From: Octopus vulgaris | Taxonomy: Eukaryota | DNA length: 64,000 nucleotides | Reading direction: 5' to 3' | Assembly: GCA_951406725.2 (NCBI GenBank) | Contig: OX597814.1 | Location: 18,414,001 to 18,478,000, forward strand | Made by a program: the position numbers and the translations under genes | Shown here: piece after piece, positions 59,735 to 64,000 of the stretch | Layout of the letters: each line of letters begins with the position of its first letter | Numbering within the stretch: the first letter of the stretch is position 1 | Notes under the pieces: model-generated | Databases searched by the model: none | What the model saw: the letters and a program-made list of their open reading frames with translations, nothing else | Told to the model about the DNA's origin: nothing

Positions 59735-59970
59735 TATATTAAATTAGAGATAAAACCACTATTAGGCAAATCAAACAGTGAAAAACATAAGCCAATACAT
59801 AAAATTGATTTAATTTATAATATTTTAAATATATATCAAAAATATTAAAAGTTTAATAAAAGATAAAGAGTAAAACACTACGATCGTTTCATGGCTGTAC
59901 CAATTCGAATAACAATAATTTAAATTCAATTAATAATTCGAGTTATGGTTACAGTGAATCTTCAGGTTAA
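59735..59970 (-). mobile_element. Left arm of the hammerhead-bearing Penelope-type element (HHR at 59874-59968)
   Basis: Minus strand: AAC-CUGAAGA-..CUGUAACCA...UGGUACAG..-GAAA-CGAUCG-UA|GUGUU, then the same tail as the 39.3-kb element. Matching inverted arm at 61733-61910. Confidence 0.75.
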
Positions 59971-60139
59971 TTGAAATATTTAAAAAATAATCAGAAATAT
60001 TTAAGCAATATTTTTAAGATATAAATAATATAATAAATTTACTTATAATAAACTCTATTATCAAACTAGAAACATAAAACTTAACAATTATGATTATATC
60101 AAAATCGACTATAATGTTAAATATTAATTTTAATTTATG

Positions 60140-61733
60140 ACTGATGATTGATTGATTTTAGTTTCAGCTCATGAGCTGTGGCCATGCTGGGGCACCGCCA
60201 TTTAGTGTTGCTACATGGTTTTACTTCACGAATGCTTTTTAGCAACTGCCATTTGGTGCATGAGAGAGTTCGATGCAGCTGCCCTCATCTGCACCTCCTG
60301 CCGTGAAGTTGGTTCATCTGGGATACCTGACAGGAAGAGATCCAGTTTCATTTTAAAGACATCTGCATCCACCCCATGCAGGTCTCTTAGGTTCTTCAGG
60401 AGGATATTGAAGAGCTGTGGGCATCGGAAGCCCAGGCTATCACAGTATCTTGTCCTAAATCTTGATGGCAAATTTGGAGTCCTAGGCACCACGCAGTGGC
60501 GCCCAGTTCTGGCATTTGTGTAACTCTCGATGCCAAAGTTTGGGACAAGTCCCTCCAGGATCTTCCAGATGTATATTATGGCATATCTTTCTCGCCTACG
60601 CTCCAAGGAATAAAGTTTTAATCTCTTGAGTCTTTCCCAGTAGCTTATATTCTGCATAGAGGCTATCTTCTTCGTGTAGCTACGTTGGATCGCCTCAAGT
60701 TCTGTGATCAACTTGACACTGGATGGTGACCATAGCTGAGAGCAATATTCAAAGTGGCTTAGGACAAGTGTCCTCCAGAGGACCATCATGGTTTCTTGTT
60801 CTCTTGTTCTAAAGGTTCTGAGAATCCATCCGGCCAGTCGTCTACATTTCATTGCCAATTTAGCAACATGTACACGAAAGGTTGCGTCATCACTCATGTA
60901 AATACGCAGGTCACGCACTAATTGTGCCTCTGGGATTGCAATTCCTCCGGGTCCAGTGTATTCATTGGGTATTGCATTTAGTTTTGCATGCTGATAGTAT
61001 AAAGCTTGAAACTTTTCAGCATTGAACTGCATGCTATTCTTTTCAGCCCACTTGTATATTTTGTCCAGCTCACATTGCAGGCGTTTAGTGTCCTCAGGGT
61101 TCTGTATTGCCTGTGAAACTTTTGTATCATCTGCATAACTTGTGATCGTGGCTCTCTGCGTGGCTGAGGGCATGTCTGAGAGGGTCATTATGAACAGTAG
61201 TGGTCCCAAAACAGTGCCCTGCGGAACACCGCTCACTATTTGCGTTTTAATGGAAGTGGCCCCATTGGCTACTACCACCTGACTTCTATCTTTCAGAAAG
61301 TCATGAAGCCATTCTCCCAGTTTTCCAACTATGTTGAGATCACGCAGTTTGTGACATATCATTCCATGATCGACTTTATCAAAGGCCTTTGCAAAGTCGA
61401 GATATATCACTTCCACATTTGAGTGGTTGAGCAGTCGTTTCCGCAACCAGTCATAGTGTTGTAGGAGCTGAGTTAAGCAGCTTCTTCCTGGTCGGAAACC
61501 ATGTTGGGTGTCAGGCAGCAAGTCATTTTCTTCAAGGAAGGTGATCAGTTTCCTTCTGACTATTCGTTCCATGACCTTGCTGATGTATGAGGTCAGAGAG
61601 ATAGGTCTGTAGTTCTTGGCCTCCGCTCTGCTACCTCCTTTATGAATAGGGCATATTTTACCTTCCTTCAGTTTTCTTGGAAGTTTGCCAGCTGCAAGGA
61701 AGCTCTGAAAGAGGAACTGCAGTGGTCTTGCTA
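60140..61733 (-). mobile_element. 5'-truncated CR1/L2-group LINE
   Basis: Open RT-encoding frame, short 3'UTR and (ATCA)n tail. Confidence 0.9.
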
Positions 61734-61749
61734 GGCTTATGCTTTTCAC
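60226..61749 (-). CDS. Reverse transcriptase (LINE ORF2, N-terminally truncated, endonuclease absent); annotated start lies in flanking DNA
   Basis: NYRPISLTS, QHGFRPGRSC, YLDFAKAFDKVDH, SGVPQGTVLGP, YADD, and C-terminal EYCSQLWSP...LEAIQR...SLERRRER. Confidence 0.9.
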   Translation of the reverse strand: MKSISLARPLQFLFQSFLAAGKLPRKLKEGKICPIHKGGSRAEAKNYRPISLTSYISKVMERIVRRKLITFLEENDLLPDTQHGFRPGRSCLTQLLQHYDWLRKRLLNHSNVEVIYLDFAKAFDKVDHGMICHKLRDLNIVGKLGEWLHDFLKDRSQVVVANGATSIKTQIVSGVPQGTVLGPLLFIMTLSDMPSATQRATITSYADDTKVSQAIQNPEDTKRLQCELDKIYKWAEKNSMQFNAEKFQALYYQHAKLNAIPNEYTGPGGIAIPEAQLVRDLRIYMSDDATFRVHVAKLAMKCRRLAGWILRTFRTREQETMMVLWRTLVLSHFEYCSQLWSPSSVKLITELEAIQRSYTKKIASMQNISYWERLKRLKLYSLERRRERYAIIYIWKILEGLVPNFGIESYTNARTGRHCVVPRTPNLPSRFRTRYCDSLGFRCPQLFNILLKNLRDLHGVDADVFKMKLDLFLSGIPDEPTSRQEVQMRAAASNSLMHQMAVAKKHS

Positions 61750-61906
61750 TGTTTGATTTGCCTAATAGTGGTTTTATCTCTAATATAATATAATATAATA
61801 TAATATAATATAATATAATATAATATAATATATTTATACTATAAAATTGGATTTTAATCCTAAATCTGATTTTTCCCTGTAAGTTTGGATTTATTCCCTA
61901 ATATTT

Positions 61907-61910
<4 letters not shown>
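61733..61910 (+). mobile_element. Right (inverted) arm of the Penelope-type element
   Basis: Reverse complement of 59743-59793 and of 37681-37833. Confidence 0.8.
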
Positions 61911-61967
<57 letters not shown>

Positions 61968-62622
61968 CACTTCGCATATCATCGTAGACGCTGAAATGTG
62001 ACTCAAGTCATGGTAACTTACATTCATTTTCCTCAAATGAGAATTAAATGGCTTAGGTATCAGATTGCTCTTAAGCGAGTCTAAATCCACTTTGTTAGAG
62101 CTGCCACAAAGACCATCTAGATAATTAAAGATATATATATATATTTCTTTATACGCTCTGCTAAATTTTAGATCACTTTTCTAACAAAACATCTTCCCAT
62201 TCAACAGCCAATGTTTTTTTTTAGTGGAGGTGTCTAATAAATAATCGCCTCTGTTATTTTTACACGCTGTAGACTTCCTCTTTCCTCTCCGCTTCTGAGG
62301 TTATTTTTTGTCACCGCTATTTTCCTTTATATCCATTGCTTGACCAGTTACTTTCAGTATTGATTGCAACATTCTTCCTCTAAATAAGTAAAGAACACAA
62401 ATAAGGATAAAGAAGACTCATAGGAAATATATTAATTTATTTTCCCTAAAGAATTTGTGTCTGAGATAGATTGAAAGTTAAAGCCAGTGATTTGACACAT
62501 TCGGCAGAGAAATATAGTTAATCCAAACAAGAAAACAAAAACAAAAAAAAAAAAACAACAACGCAGGGACGTGGAACAAATAAAGTATTATTGGACGCTC
62601 AGGAAAGAAGGGAAGAAGGAGG

Positions 62623-62657
62623 GTTTGACGTTTCGAGCGGAGCTCTTCGTCGGAAAC
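62623..62657 (-). ncRNA. 35-nt minimal type I hammerhead motif (CCGA core variant) in a short repeat at about 62560-62730
   Basis: GUUU-CCGACGA-A-GAGC-UCC-GCUC-GAAA-CG-UC|AAAC. 4-bp stems I and II, GUC triplet, palindromic ACGU stem III. Confidence 0.7.
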
Positions 62658-64000
62658 ATAGGAGAAGGAAAGATCCCGAGAAGGGAAGACAGGGGGAAAA
62701 ATCGCTAGTGATACAGACGAGGTGCAAAACCAAAGAAACGTCTGCTACCGTTAAGGATGCGATAAAAATGGATAAATGTGGGATTAAGACACGGAAATGA
62801 AAATGACAACGACCAAACGAGTGTAATTCATTTATACTATCTATGAAAAGGGCAATATATATATACATATACACACACACGTATATGTTCGTTTCCTGCC
62901 TGTGGCTCTGCATATATATGTGTACACACACGCACACACAACACTCACATCCACATACATATTTACGTGTGTGTGTGTGTAAATACATTTATGCGTGTGT
63001 AAAAAAAACAGCTCCTGCCCAATTTCGCTCAATCAGGTTTCACTAAAACCATCATTGTAAATTCAACGTGATGACAGAAGTAATATACTTAAGGAGCACA
63101 TAGGTAGAATCTGAAACTGCTTCGATATAAAGCCTAATTATTTTCTATAAACACACTCACACACACACAGTCACGCACGCACGCACGCACATATGAATCA
63201 CAGCACGAGAAAATGAAAAGAGAAAATACATAAATACCCGGAGGTCCTTTAAAGTTTACCTTTACAAGATCTTTAATAGAGCATTTTTTTATCTTTTTTC
63301 CTTTTCAATCAAGCAAAGAAAATAAGCTTTGTGAATTAGAATAACAGAAGCCAATATAAGCCAATATGTAGTATTGCGACTAGTCTGAAAGAGATAGGAC
63401 CGTGGAAAAAGAAAAGAAAAAAAAAGGGAAGGTATAAAAAAAAATAATAAATGAGAAAACAATTGAATGTTAGAGAAAATAACAGTAGCCGCGGGAATAA
63501 GATAGCGAAGAAGTTTACTCCTTTTGACACCGAAGATGAATGATTAGACGAAGAAATTTTAGGAAGTACTGAACGGAAATATCCAAATATAGGTTATGCG
63601 GTGTGTCATTGTGAGGCAAATGTGATTTTTGGTTCATAGCACTCCGATCGAAAACAGACGTAAAATACTGATGTTTCAAACATGACATGTACTTAGTAAA
63701 TTAGTTCAGAGTAGTTTGTAAAGTTCTAGGCAGCTGATCATGTTACGATAGATGCATTCAACGTCAAACTCGATTCTTCATTTCTTGTTGTGAAATTTTT
63801 TTTATTATTATTATGTAGTTATTAAGGGTGGAATAATGATTCATAGGAACAGTTGTCGGGTGCAACGTGTTCGAAATTAACCACTAGAACTCTGCGATTC
63901 TCTTGCTCCATCTCTAACTTCCAGCCAGTTATTCTTGGGATGTTCATTCTTTCCTTTTTTCCAATTAGTTTGTAGTAGTCTAAGAAAGTCGTCTTTGATA

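Overview
AT-rich, microsatellite-saturated eukaryotic non-coding DNA. The SINE families and repeat landscape look cephalopod (probably Octopus), which is inferred from pattern recognition. I found no host protein-coding exon I can support, and almost all ORFs in the track are translations of (TA)n/(CA)n/(GATA)n/(ATT)n. The window is a mosaic of mobile elements: three or more tRNA-derived SINE families; LINE fragments (a CR1/L2-group RT ORF of about 500 aa, Tx1, R4/Dong-like, RTE); DNA-transposon relics (mariner, Tc1-like, hAT, MULE, MITEs); decayed Penelope-like (GIY-YIG) ORFs; and a near-identical 3.2-kb tandem duplication joined through an inverted segment. The most striking unannotated signal is a set of about 10 type I hammerhead-ribozyme motifs (intact, variant or decayed). 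They are carried by several unrelated short non-coding Penelope-type elements, mostly sitting in or beside (TA)n tracts and often built as fold-back inverted repeats. Two SINE/LINE 3'-tail partnerships are also directly visible. Coordinates were read by eye and boundaries of decayed elements are approximate.
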